This document shows positions 49,401-61,448 of a stretch of DNA of 64,000 bases, in pieces. The notes under the pieces are model-generated. The model saw only the letters and a list, made by a program, of their open reading frames with translations. It had not been told where the DNA came from and ran no database searches. The translations under genes and the position numbers were made by a program. The stretch comes from Squalus acanthias (lineage: Eukaryota): NCBI GenBank assembly GCA_030390025.1, contig CM059431.1, positions 140,060,001 to 140,124,000 on the forward strand, read 5' to 3'. Position 1 is the stretch's first letter. Every line of letters begins with the position of its first letter.

Positions 49401-51935
49401 GAGCCTACCAGGTGTGTATGGGGTTTCACAGTGTATCAGGATCCTGCCAGGTGTGTATGGGTTTTTTCAAACTGCATCAGGGTCTTGCCACGTGCGAAGG
49501 GGGTTTCACAGTGTATCAGGATCCTGCCAGGTGTGTATGTGTTTTCACAGTGCATCAGGATTCTGCCAGGTGTGTATGGAGTTTCACAGTGTATCTGGAT
49601 CCTGCCAGGTGTGTGTGGGTTTTCACAGTGTATCAGGATCCTACCAGGTGTGTATGGGGTGTCACAGTGTATCAGGATCCTGCCAGGGGTGTATAGGGTT
49701 TCACAGTGTATCAGGATCCTGCCAGGTGTGTATGGGGTTTCACAATGTATCAGGATTCTGCCAGGTGTGTATGTGTGTTTTCACAGTGTATCAGGATCCT
49801 GTCAGGTGTGTATGGGTTTTCACTGTGTATCAGGATCCTGCCAGGTGTGTATGGGTTTTCACAGTGTATCAGGATCCTGTCAGGTGTGTATGGGTTTTCA
49901 CAGTGTATCAGGATCCTGCCAGGGGTGTATGGGGTTTAACAGTGTATCAGGATCCTGCCAGGTGTGTGTGGGTTTTCACTGTGTATCAGGATCCTGTCAG
50001 GTGTGTATGGGTTGTCACTGTGTATCAGGATCCTGCCAGGTGTGTTTGGGATTTCACAGCGTATCAGGATCCTGCCAGGTGTGTATGGGGTTTCACAGTG
50101 TATTAGGAGCCTACCAAGTGTGTATGGGGTTTCACATTGTATCCGAATCCTGCCGCGTATTTATGGGGCTACACAGTGTATCTGGATCCTGACAGGTTTG
50201 TATGGGGTTTCACAGTGTATCAGGATCCTAGCAGGTGTGTATGGGGTTTCACAGTGTATCAGGTTCCTGCCAGGTGTGTATGGGGTTTCACAGTGTATCA
50301 GGATCCTGCCAGGTGTGTATGGGGTTTCACAGTGTATCAGGATCCTGCCAGGTGTGTATGGGGTTTCACAGTGTATCAGGATCCTGCCAGGTGTGTATGG
50401 GGTTTCACAATGTATCAGGATCCTGCCAGGTCTGTATGGGGTTTCACAGTGTATCAGGATCCTGCCAGGTGTGTATGGGGTTTCACAGTGTATCAGGATC
50501 CTGCCAGGTATGTATGGGGTTTCACAGTGTATCAGGATCCTGCCACGTGTGTATGGGGTTTCACAGTGTATCAGGGTCCAGCCATGTGTGTATGGGGTTT
50601 CATAGTGTATCAGGATCCTGCCAGGTGTGTATGGGGTTTCACAGTGTATCAGGATCCTGCCAGGTGTGGATGGGGTTTCACAGTGTATCACGATCCTGCC
50701 AGGTGTGTATGGGGTTTCACAGTGCATCAGGATCCTGCCAGGCGTGTGTGGGGTTTTACTGTGTATCAGCATCCTGGCAGGTATTTATGGGGTTTCACAG
50801 TGTATGAGGATCCTGCCGGGTATTTATGGGGTTTCACAGTGTATGAGGATCCTGCCGGGTATTTATGTGGTTTCGCAGTGTATGAGGATGCTGCCAAGTT
50901 TGAATGGGGTTTAGCAGTGTATCAGGATCCTGCCAGGGGTGTGTGGGGTTTCACAGTGAATTAGGAGCCTACCAGGTGTGTATGGGGTTTCACAGTGTAT
51001 CAGGATCCTGCCAGGTGTGTATGGGTTTTTTTCAAACTGCATCAGGGTCCTGCCACGTGCGAAGGGGGTTTCACAGTGTATCAGGATCCTGCCAGGTGTG
51101 TATGTGTTTTCACAGTGCATCAGCATTCTGCCAGGTGTGTATGGGGTTTCACAGTGTATCTGGATCCTGCCAGGTGTGTGTGGGTTTTCACAGTGTATCA
51201 GGATCCTATCAGGTGTGTATGAGGTGTCACAGTGTATCAGGATCCTGCCAGGTGTGTATGGGGTTTCACAATGTATCAGGATTCTGCCAGGTGTGTGTGT
51301 GTGTTTTCACAGTGTATCAGGATCCTGTCAGGTGTGTATGGGTTTTCACTGTGTATCAGGATCCTGCCAGGTGTGTGTGGGTTTTCACATTGTATCAGGA
51401 TCCTGCCAGGTGTGTATGGGGTTTAACAGTGTATCAGGATCCTGCCAGGTGTGTGTGGGTTTTCGCTGTGTATCAGGATCCTGTAAGGTGTGTATGGGTT
51501 GTCACTGTGTATCAGGATCCTGCCAGGTGTGTGTGGTGTTTCACAGTGTATCAGGATACTGCCAGGTGTGTGTGGGATTTCACAGTGTATCAGAATCCAG
51601 CCAGATGTGTATGGGGTTTCACAGTGTATCAGAATCCTGCCAGGTGTGTATGGGGTTTCACAGTGCATCAGGATCCTGCCAAGTGTGTATGGGTTTTCAC
51701 AGTTTATCAAGATCCTGCCAGGTGTGTATGAGTTTTCAAGTGTTCATGGGGTTTCACAGTGTATCAGAATCCTGCCAGGTGTGTATGGGGTTTCACAGTG
51801 CATCAGGATCCTGCCAAGTGTGTATGGTTTTTCACAGTTTATCAAGATCCTGCCAGGTGTGTATGAGTTTTCACAGTGTATCAGGATCCTGCCAGGTGTG
51901 TATGGGTTTCGCAGTATTTTGGTATCCTGCCAAGT
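46456..51935. repeat. 39-bp satellite, array 2 (~140 monomers)
   Basis: Same monomer as array 1, with its own variants (GAATTAGGAGCCTACC; TTTTTTCAAACTGCATC). Higher-order period of 2111 bp (ORFs 47229/49340 and 48026/50137). Confidence 0.98.
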
Positions 51936-52235
51936 GCGTGCGGGATAATAACGCTTATTTTCTCACACACTGCAGGAGAAATCCAGCATCATTCTTGAGG
52001 TAGATTACATTCTGCGGGGAATATTGAAGTGGTGGTGATCATTGCTGAATGTAATGATTCTGCACTCGGTTTCACAGTCCAGCAGCGTTGTAATATTTTT
52101 TATTGACATATTTGTGTTTATTATATTTGCAAGGTTAAATGTAAACATTAACTTACGGTATTTTATAAATATTATATCTATTCTCATACACAATATATAC
52201 TTGGCAATGGTACCTCGGATTTCTGTGGGTAGTGA
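51936..52235. other. Flank X' left part (paralogue of 42143-42440)
   Basis: TCACACACTGCAG...TGATCATTG.TGAAT..AATGATTCT.CACTCGGTTT...ATATCTATT...TACACAATATA...AGTGACAT is shared with X. Confidence 0.85.
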
Positions 52236-54667
52236 CATAGATTCATGCAGTCACAGAGTGATAGATTAATAGTTTCATAACGGCAATGTAGGATGCCTTT
52301 CGGCCCATCGAGTACGCGCCGGTTCTCTGTAGAGCAAGCCAATCAGTCCCATTCCCACTCTATCCACGTAGCTCTTAAGTTTATTTCCCTCAAGTGACTA
52401 TCCAGTGTCCCCTTTAAAACATTGAGTGTCACCACTTCCAACACTTCCATCGGCAGCGAATTCCAGGTCATCACTACTCGCTGTATAAAATAGTTTTTCT
52501 CACATCACCCCTGTATCTCTTGCCCACAACCTTAAATCTGTGTCCAGTAGTCCTTGTACCGTCAACTAGTGGGAACAGCCTTTCCCCGTCTATCCTGTCC
52601 AAACCAGTCACAATCTTGTACACCTCTATCAAATCACCCCTCAAACTCCGTTGCTCTAATAAGAACAATCCATCTTCTCCAACCTGTCGTTGTACCTAAG
52701 ATCCCCATCCCCGGAACCATGCTGGTAAATCTCCTCTGCATCCTCTCAAGGGCCTTCACATTCTTCCTAAACTAAGGTGACCAAAACATGGATGCTATAC
52801 TCCAGTTGTGGCCTAACCAGCGCTTTGTAAAGGTTCAGCATAACTTCTCTACTTTTGTACTCAATATCTCTATTTATGAAGCCCAAGATCCCATATGGTT
52901 TGCTAACCAGTCTCTCAATATGTCCTGCCATCTTCAGGGAACTATGCACATTTACCCCCAGGTCCCTCTGTCCCTGCATACTCTTTAAAACTGTGCCATT
53001 AAGTGTATATTGCCTTTCCCTGTTCCTTCAGCCCAAATGCATCACCTCACACTTCTCTGTATTAAATTCCATCTGTCACTTGTCTGTCCATGCTGCTAGC
53101 CCTTCTATGTCCCGTTGCAGTCGATTGGTATCATTATCACTGTTTGCAACACCTCCACGTTTGTAGTCATCGTCAAATTGAGAAATTCTTCTCAGTATTC
53201 CTAAGGGGATTCCAATATACAATCATTTGTATGTATCAAATAAAGCAGTGGCCCGAGCACTGACCCTTGGGGAACACCATTGTCTACCATCCTCAAGTCT
53301 GAACAATAGCCATTTACCACAACTCCCTGTTTTCTCTCCTTAATCCAATTCCTTATCCAAGCTAACACTAACCCACCTATTCCATGAGCCTCAAATTTTA
53401 ACCAGTCTTCTATGTGGTACTTATCAAAGCCTTCCGAAAATCCATGTAGACAACATCCTTTGCATCCCCTTCACCAATTCACTCTTACTTCATCAAAAAA
53501 TTAAATTAGATTTGTCATACACGATATGCCTTTTACAAATCCGTGTTGGCTCTCCTTAATTAGCTTAAACCTCACCAAGTATCCGTTTATTTTTTCCTTC
53601 ATTATTGTTTCCAAAATTTACCCACCAGTGATGTTAAACTGACCGGCCTTTGGTTACTAGGATTGACATTACAACCTTTCTTGAACAATGGTGTCACATT
53701 TGCCACTTTCCAATCCTCAGGCACCTCCCCCGCACCCCAATTCCATTAGCAACCTGGAATGCAAGCCTTCTGGACCAGGCGGCCTGTCCACGCTAAGCAT
53801 ACCCAGACATTCTAGTACATCCTATTTATCAATTTACACCCGTTCCATTGCTTCTACCATTTCCATTTCGACCGACAGTTTGTCAGCATCCACCTCCTTA
53901 GTAAACACCGATACAAATTACTCATTGAGTACTCTAGCCTTGTCCTGCGCCTCTAAGCATATATCACCTTCCATATCTCTAATAGGCCCCACCCCGCCTC
54001 TTACTTCCCGCTTATTGTTTACATGCCGGTAGAAGATTTTTGGGTTCCCTTTCATGTTAACCGCCATTCTACTCTCATATTCTCTCTTTACCAATCTTAT
54101 TTTCATCTTCACATCCACTCTCAACTTATCGTATTTGGACTAGTTCACCCTTGAAGAATTCACCTGACATGCACCATACACCCTCTTTTTTTGTTTCATT
54201 ATCTTCTCTATCTCTCTCGTCATCCAAGGAACCCTTGTTTTGGTTATGTTACCCTTCCCTCTTCTTGGAATGTACCTAACCTGTACTTGGAACATATCCT
54301 CCTTAAAGATCACTCATTGTTCCGTTACAGTTTTTCCTGTCAGTCTTTGGTTCCATTTTATCCTGGCTAGATCATTTCGCATCCCATAGAAGTTAGCCCT
54401 ATTCCAGTTTAGAAGTTCGACTTTAGATTGTTCCTTGCTCCTCTCCATTGCTAATCTAAATCTTATGATACGATGATCACTCGTAACTAAGTGTTCTCCC
54501 ACAAACACTTGGTCGAACTGGGTCACCTCATTTCCCAGCACCAGATCCAGCAATGCCTCCTTTCTAGTTTGTCCAAGTACATGTTGGTCAAGGAAATTCT
54601 CCTGAAAGCAATTCAAAAATTCCCCCCCACTTTCCCCTTTTCCCCAGCATTACCACAATCGATATTT
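52236..54667 (-). mobile_element. CR1 LINE 1 of the nest (ORF2 3' portion and tail)
   Basis: ORFs 54314-54616 (FQENFLDQHV...DHRIIRF), 53918-54124, 52767-52979 (DLGVNVHSSL...LYKALVRPQLEY) and 52474-52668. Confidence 0.93.
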
Positions 54668-54845
54668 TTTCACAAAGGAGAGGGGCGAAGCAGACAATTT
54701 TATCGGGGGGAGGAGTGTGAAATATTAGATGAAATAAACATAGTCAGAGAGGAAGCATTAAGGGGTTTAGCAGCTTTAAAAGTGGTTAAATCCCCAGGCC
54801 CGGATGAAATGTATCCCAGACTGTTAAGCAAAGCAAAAGAGGAAA

Positions 54846-56797
54846 GTGGCCCTAGAAATAGTAGATGCATTGCTGGTCATCTTTCAAAATTCTATAGACT
54901 CTGGAACAGTTCCCATGGATTGGAGGGTAGCTAATGTAACCCCACTATTTAAAAAAGGTGGTAGAGAAAAAACGGGGAAGGCTGACATCGGTAGTGGGCA
55001 AAATGCTACAGTCCATTATAAATGATGTAATAGCAAAGCACTTGGAAAACAGTGACAGGATCGGACAATGTCAATATGGATTTACAAAAGGTAAATCATG
55101 CCTGACGAATATACTGGAATTTTTGGAGGATGTAACTGGTAGAATAGATAAGGGAGAACCAGTGGATGTGGTGTATTTGGACTTTTAGAAGTCTTTCGAT
55201 AAAATCCCGCATAAGAGATTAGCATGCAAATTTAAAGCACATGGGATTGGGGGTAAGGTACTGATTTGGATAGAGAACTGGTTGGCAGACAGGAAGCAAA
55301 GAGTTGGAATAAATGGGTCTTTTTCCGAGTGGCAGGCAGTGACTAGTGGGGTACCGCAGGGATCGGTGCTAGGACCCCAGCTATTCACAATATATATTAA
55401 TGATCTAGACGAGGGAACTAAATGTAATATCTCTAAGTTTGCAGACGACACAAAGCTGGGTGGGCGTGTGTGCTGTGAGGAAGATGCAGAGAAACTCCAG
55501 TATGATTTGGACAGGTTGGGTGTTTGGGCAGATGCATGGCAGATGCAGTATAATGTGGATAAATGTGAGGTTATCCACTTTGGTGGCAAAAACAAGAAGA
55601 CAGATTATTATCTGAACGGCACTAGATCGTGAAAAGGGGAAGTGCAACCAGATCTGGGAGTCCTTGTGCACCAGTCGCTGAAGGTAAGCATGTAGGTGCA
55701 GCAGGCGGTAAAGAAGTCAAATGGTATGTTGGCCTTCATAGGGAGAGGATCCGAGTACAGGAGCAATGATGTCTTGCTGCAGTTGTACAAGGCCTTGGTG
55801 AGACCACACCTTGTGTATTGTGTGCAGTTTTGGTCGCCTTAACTGAGGAATGATGTTCTTGCCATGGAGTGAGTGCAGCGAAGATTTACCGGACTGATAC
55901 CTGGGATGGCAGGAATGACGTATGAAGAGAGATTGGATCAATTAGGCTTATATTCGCTAGAGTTTAGAAGAATGAGAGGGGATCTATATTAAAACTTACA
56001 AAATTCTAACAGGACTAGATGCAGGAAGGATGTTCCCGATGGCGGGGGAGTCCAAAACCAGAGGTCACAGTCTAAGGATAAGGGGTAAGCCATTTAGGAC
56101 TGAGATGAGGAGGAATTTCTTCACCCAGAGAGTGGTGAACCTGTGGAATTCTCTACCACAGAAGGCAGTTGAGACCAATTCGTTAAATATATTCAAGAAG
56201 GAGATAGAAACATAGAATCTAGGAGCAGGAGTAGGCCATTCGGCCCGTCGAGCCTGTTCCACCATTCAATACGATCATGGCTGATCATCCAAATCCAGTA
56301 CCCTGTCCCTGCTTTAATCCCCACAGTACACATATCCCACACTACCCCCGTAACCCCACGTATTTAATTCCCCCTAACATATCCCATCCTATCCCCATAA
56401 CCCCACATATTTAATCCCCCCCTAACACTAAGGGTCAATTTATCATAGCCAAATCAACCTAACCCGCACATTTTTGGACTGTGGGAGGAAACCGGAGCAC
56501 CCGGAGGAAACCCACGCAGACACGGGGAGAATGTGCAAACTCCACACAGACAGTCACCCGAGGTCAGATTCGAACCCGGGTCCCTGGCGCTGTGAGGCAC
56601 CAGTGCTAACCACTATGCCACCGTGTTGCCCAGAGATATATTTCTTAAGGCTAAAGGGATCAAGGGCTATGGGGAGAAAGCAGGGACAGGGTACTGAATT
56701 TGGATGATCGGCCATGATCTCATTAAATGGCGGAGCAGGCTCGAGGGGCCGAATGGCCTACTCCTGCTCCTTTCTTCTACGCTTCTATGCTTCTATG
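54846..56797 (+). mobile_element. CR1 LINE 3 of the nest, inserted into LINE 2
   Basis: ORF 55282-55632 (SGVPQGSVLGPQLFTIYINDL...KFADDTKLG). Ends in a CTTCTATG repeat tail. Confidence 0.93.
56207..56631 (-). mobile_element. tRNA-derived HE1-like V-SINE with a CR1-derived 3' tail
   Basis: Minus strand shows A box TGGCATAGTGG, B box GGTTCGAATC and the V-domain TGGAGTTTGCACATTCTCCCCGTGTCTGCGTGGGTTTCCTCCGGGTGCTCCGGTTTCCTCCCACAGTCCAAA. The tail matches the CR1 3' UTR. TSD GAGATA at 56201-56206 and 56633-56638. Confidence 0.93.
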
Positions 56798-58302
56798 CAG
56801 AGGCCCTGACCATCATTTTTCAATCCTCTCTGGCTTCAGGTGTGGTGCCGGAGGACTGGAGGATTGCTAAAGTAGAACCCTTGTTTAAAAAGGGAGAAAT
56901 GGATAGACCGAACAATTACAGACCAGTCAGCCTAAGCTCGGTGGTGGGAAAATTATTGGAAAGAATTCTGACGGACAGGATAAATCTTCATTTAGAAAGA
57001 CATGGATTAATCAAGGATAGTCAGCATGGATTTGTTAAGGGAAGTTCGTGTCTGACAAACTTGATTGCATTTTTTGAGGAGATAACAAGGAGGGTAGATG
57101 AGGGTAGTGCGTTTGATGTAGTGTATATGGACTTTAGCAAGGCTTTTGATAAGGTTCCACATGGCAGACTGGTCACGAATTTGAAAGCCCATGGGATTCA
57201 GGGCAAAGCGTCAAGTTGGATTCAATACTGTCTTGGAGACAGGAAGCAGAGGGTAATGGTTGATGGGTGTTTTTGTGACTGGAAGGCTGTCTCCAGTGGG
57301 GTTCCGCAGGGCTCAGTACTAGGTCCCTTGCTGTTTGTGCTATGTATCAACGATCTTGACTGGAATATAGGGGGTATGATTAAGAAGTTTGCAGAGTATA
57401 CTAAAATCGGCTGTGTGGTTGATACTGAAGAAGAAGCTGTAGACTGCAGGAAGATATCAATAAATTGGCCAGGTGGGAAGAACAGTGGCAAATGGAATTC
57501 AATCCGGAGAAGTGTGAGTTAATGCATCTGGGGAGGGTTAACAAGGAAAGGGTATACACATTAAATGGTAGGACACTGAGAAGAGTAGAGGAACAAAGTG
57601 ACCTTGGAGTGCATGTCCACGGATCCCTGAAGATAGCAGGCCAAGTAGATAAGTCATACAGAATGCTTGCCTTTATTAGCCGTTGCATATAATGCAAGAG
57701 CAGGGGGGTTATGCTTCAACAGTATAATTCACTAGTTTGGCCTCAGCTAGAGTTCTGCGTGCAGTTCTGGTCACCACATTACAGGAAAGATGTGATTGCA
57801 CTAGAGAGGGTACAGAGGAGATTTACAAGGATGTTTCCGGGGTGTAGATAATCTTAGCTATGAGGAAAGACTGAATAAGCTGGGTCTGTTTTCCTTGGAA
57901 CAGAGGAGGCTGAGGGGAGACCTCATTGAGGTGTATAAAATTATGAGGGATATAGATAAAGTGGATTGAAAGGAACTATTTCCCTTAGCAGCGGGGTCAA
58001 AAAGCCTGGGGGCACAGATTTAAAGTAATTGGGTGAATGTTTAGAGGGGATTTGATGGGAAATTTCTTCACTCGGAGGATTGTGCAGGTCTGGAACTCAC
58101 TGCCTGAAAGGGTGGAAGAGGCAGGAACCCTAACTACACTTAAAAATTACTTGCATGTGCACTTGGGAAGCTCCAACATGCAGAGCTACGGCCCAAGACT
58201 GGGAAGTGGGATTAGGCTGGATAGCACTTTGTTGGCCGGCGCGGATACGATGGGCCGAAATGGCCTCCTTCCATGCTGTAACTTTCTATGATTCTATTCT
58301 AT

Positions 58303-58572
58303 GATATTTGTATATTAAAGTCCCCCAATATCACCACACAATAGCTATTGCATATTTCTGTGATTGCCCTGCAGATTTGCTCCTCTACCTCCCTCTCTCT
58401 ATTTGGAGGCCTATAGAATACCCGCAATAGCGTGATCATACCCTTTTTGCTCCTCAACTTTAACCAAATGGATTCTGTCCTTGACCCCTCAAGAACACCT
58501 CCCTTTCCGGCACTACAATGTCTTTCTTAATCAGCACTCTCCTCCCACCTCCCCTATCTTTTCTGAACATCT
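58303..58572 (-). mobile_element. CR1 LINE 1 of the nest, continuation (endonuclease region)
   Basis: Resumes after the TSD GATATTT (54661-54667 and 58303-58309). The minus strand reads as an APE-domain segment (ESIWLKLRSKKGMITLLRVFYRPPNR...VVILGDFNI). Confidence 0.88.
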
Positions 58573-59006
58573 TGTCCGTGTGTTCATGGAGATGTGTCCT
58601 GGTTGGTGCTTCCAATTGAATATATTGACCATATCTCTCATGGTGTCAACAGCTGACTAATGAGCACTGTAGGGGGTGAGGACATTTACTGCTGTTCCAC
58701 TAATAGTAACACTAATGTAGAATGTACTGAATGATGTAACTTTAAACAGTAAGCTGAAGCAGAGCATTTATGTTTGGAATATCTTTGTGGTCTTACAAAC
58801 TCAGAAATAGCCATAAATATAAAATTGGTAGATTGCCTTCTGTTTCACGATCACAATTTGTGTGCGTGTCTTCTGTGTCTGTGTCCACGCACGACTGTCC
58901 AATCCAACGATCAGTCAGCATCATTTCCATTCCCCACTGGGGAAATATAAAATTGATTTTGTCTCGGAGCTGTAATTTCTCCAAACTTTAGTTGAATTGT
59001 TTCTCG
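58573..59006. other. Flank X' right part (paralogue of 42441-42876)
   Basis: Colinear from TCATGGAGATGTGTCCTG to ATTTCTCCAAACT.TAGTT. Confidence 0.9.
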
Positions 59007-59007
59007 G

Positions 59008-60469
59008 TCAGCCCCACACCCCTCTGATCCAGCCCCACAACCCACTGACCAAGCCCCACAACCCAATGACCAAGCCCCGCCTCCACTGACCCAGGCCCAA
59101 ACCACAGTAACCGGGCCCCGCCCCCTACTGACCCAGCACCGCACCCCACTGATCCAGCCCAACACCAGACTGACCCAGCCCCACACCACACTGACCCAGC
59201 CCCACACCCCGCTGACGCAGCCCCGCACCCCACTGACACAGCCCCACACCCCACTGACCCAGCCCCAGCCGCACACCACACTGACCCAGACACACACCCC
59301 ACTGACACAGCCCCACACCCCACTGACCCAACCCCACACCCCACTGACCCAGCCCCAGCCCCACACCACACTGACCCAGCACCGCACCCCACTGACCCAG
59401 CCCGCATCCCACTGAACCAGCCCGCACCCCACGGACACAACACCGCACCCCACTGACCCAGCCCCACACCCCACTGACCCAGCCCCGCACCCCACTGACC
59501 CAGCCCCGCACCTCACTCACCCAGCCCTGCACCCCACTGACACAGCCCCACACCCCACTGACTCAGCCCCACAACCACACCCCACTGACCCAGCCCCGCA
59601 CCCCACTGACCCAGCCCCGCACCTCACTGACCCAGCCCTGCACCCCACTGACACAGCCCCACACCCCACTGACTCAGCCCCACAACCACACCCCACTGAC
59701 CCAGCCCCACACCCCTCTGATCCAGCCCCACAACCCACTGACCAAGCCCCACAACCCACTGACAAGCCCACACCCCACTGACCCAGTACCACACCCACTG
59801 ACCCAGTACCACACCCACTGACCCAGCCCCGCACCCCACTAACCCAGCCCCACTCCCCACTGACCCAGACCCGCACCACACTGACGCAGACCCACACCCC
59901 ACTGACCCAGCCCCACACCCCACTGACCCAGCCCCACACCCCACTGAACCAACCCCGCACCCCACTGACACAGCCCCACACCCCACTGACCCAACCACAT
60001 ACCCCACTGACCCAGCCCCACATCCACACCCCACTGACCCAACCCCACACCCCACTGACCCAGCCCCACACCACACTGAACCATCCTCAAACTCCCCTTT
60101 GACCCAGCCCCACGACCCACTGACCCAGCCCCAGAACCCACTGACCAAGCCCCGCCCCCCACTGACCCAGCCCTACACCACACTGACCGAGCCCTGCCCC
60201 CCACTGACCCAGCCCCGCACCCCTCTGACCCAGCCCCGCACCCCACTGACCCAGCCCCGCACCCCACTGACCCAGCCCCACACCCCACTTACCCAGCCCC
60301 ACACCACACTGACCCAGCCACGCACCCCACTGCCCCAGCCCCACACCACACTGACCCACCCCCACACCCCACTGACCCAGCCCCACCCGCACACCCCACT
60401 GACCCAGCCCCACACCCACACCTCACTGACCCAGCCCCACACCACACTGACCCAGTCCCAGCCCAACAC
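59008..60469. repeat. 21/27-bp satellite, C-rich orientation
   Basis: CACTGACCCAGCCCC(A/G)CACCC tandem units. Confidence 0.96.
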
Positions 60470-61110
60470 CGCTTTGCGGAACAACTCCATTCAGTACGTA
60501 AGGATGACCCCGAGCTTCCGGTCGCTTGTCATTTTAATTCACCCCTCCACGCTCACTCAGACCTCACCGTCCTCGCCCTCTTGCATTGTTCCACGGAAGC
60601 GCAGCGTAAGCTCCAGGAACAGCACCTCATCTTCCGTTTAGGCACTTTACAGCCTTCCGGACTCAATATCGAGTTCAACAATTTCAGATCATAACCCCGG
60701 CCCCTACCACATATGTATACATTTTATCCACTCTTTTGGTCCGTGCCATTTTCCTTTTTTTTCTCTCTCTCTCCCCCCACGGCAGCTGTCTCTGATTCTG
60801 CCAGCATTTCACACCTTACCTTTTGTTTCTCAACCTGTTCCATTACCATCTCGTCTTGCCTTGAGCATCTCTCAATGTCTCTACTTACTAAAGACCAACC
60901 CTTTTGTTCTTTTATTCCTCCCCCCAGTCTCCCCCTTGCATTTTTATCTGTTTATTTCCTGCTCTTTCAGTTCCGACGAAGGGTTTCGACCTGAAACGTT
61001 AACTCTCTTTCTCTCTCCACGGATGTTACCTGGCCTGCTGAGTTTTCCAGCGTTTTCTGTTGTTATTTCGGATTTCCAGCATCCGCAGTATTTTGCTATC
61101 GTATTACCGC
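60470..61110 (+). mobile_element. Penelope-like retroelement fragment: GIY-YIG endonuclease C-terminus (60470-60694) plus pLTR with hammerhead motif
   Basis: Hand translation RFAEQLHSVRKDDPELPVACHFNSPLHAHSDLTVLALLHCSTEAQRKLQEQHLIFRLGTLQPSGLNIEFNNFRS* shows the R..EH, VA.HF, R...E and L.TL.P.GLN motifs of PLE endonucleases. Confidence 0.92.
60968..61005 (+). ncRNA. Degenerate minimal hammerhead ribozyme motif of the Penelope pLTR
   Basis: CAGTT-CCGACGA-AGGGTTTCGACCT-GAAA-CGTTAACTC. The CUGANGA core carries a U>C change; stem III is the palindrome AACGTT. Confidence 0.65.
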
Positions 61111-61438
61111 GCTGACCAAGCCCCATACCCCACTGAGCCAAGACCCGCACCTCACTGACCCAGGCCCCACACCCCACTTACCCAGCCCCACACCCCACTG
61201 ACCAAGCCCCACACACACACCCCACTACCCAGCCCCACACCTCACTGACCCAGGCCCCACACCCCACTACCCAGCCCTACACCCACACCACACTGACCCA
61301 GCCCCCACCCACACCTCACTGACCCAGCCCACACCCACACCCCACTGACCCAGCCCCACACCCACACCCCACAACCCAGTTCCACACCAATAACCCACTG
61401 ACCCAGCCCAACACCCACACCCCACTGACCCAGCCCCA
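61111..61438. repeat. 21/27-bp satellite, C-rich orientation
   Basis: Visible tandem units. Confidence 0.95.
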
Positions 61439-61448
61439 AACTCTCAAA

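Larger units (their letters stand above)
54668..58302 (+). mobile_element. CR1 LINE 2 of the nest (54668-54845 plus 56798-58302)
   Basis: LAALKVVKSPGPDEMYPRLL, then AEALTIIFQ...NYRPVSLSSVVGK...QHGF...DFSKAFDKVPH...GVPQGSVLGP; TTCTATG tail; 7-bp TSD. Confidence 0.93.

Noticed and set aside
25233..52003. Long ORFs (up to 814 aa) of 13-aa repeats such as GVSQCIRILPGVY and IHCETPYTPGRIL
   Set aside because: The 39-bp monomer is a multiple of 3 and stop-free in several frames. ORFs overlap in all frames and switch frame at random indels. The resemblance of HCETPY to the C2H2 linker TGEKPY lacks the 28-aa Cys/His spacing.
56560..56631. tRNA gene
   Set aside because: The A and B boxes belong to the tRNA-derived head of the HE1-like SINE and are followed directly by the V-domain.
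56704..57522. 272-aa RT ORF as an active or domesticated gene
   Set aside because: It is chimeric (the N-terminus comes from another LINE's 3' UTR). The catalytic FADD is mutated to FAEY, and a frameshift follows.
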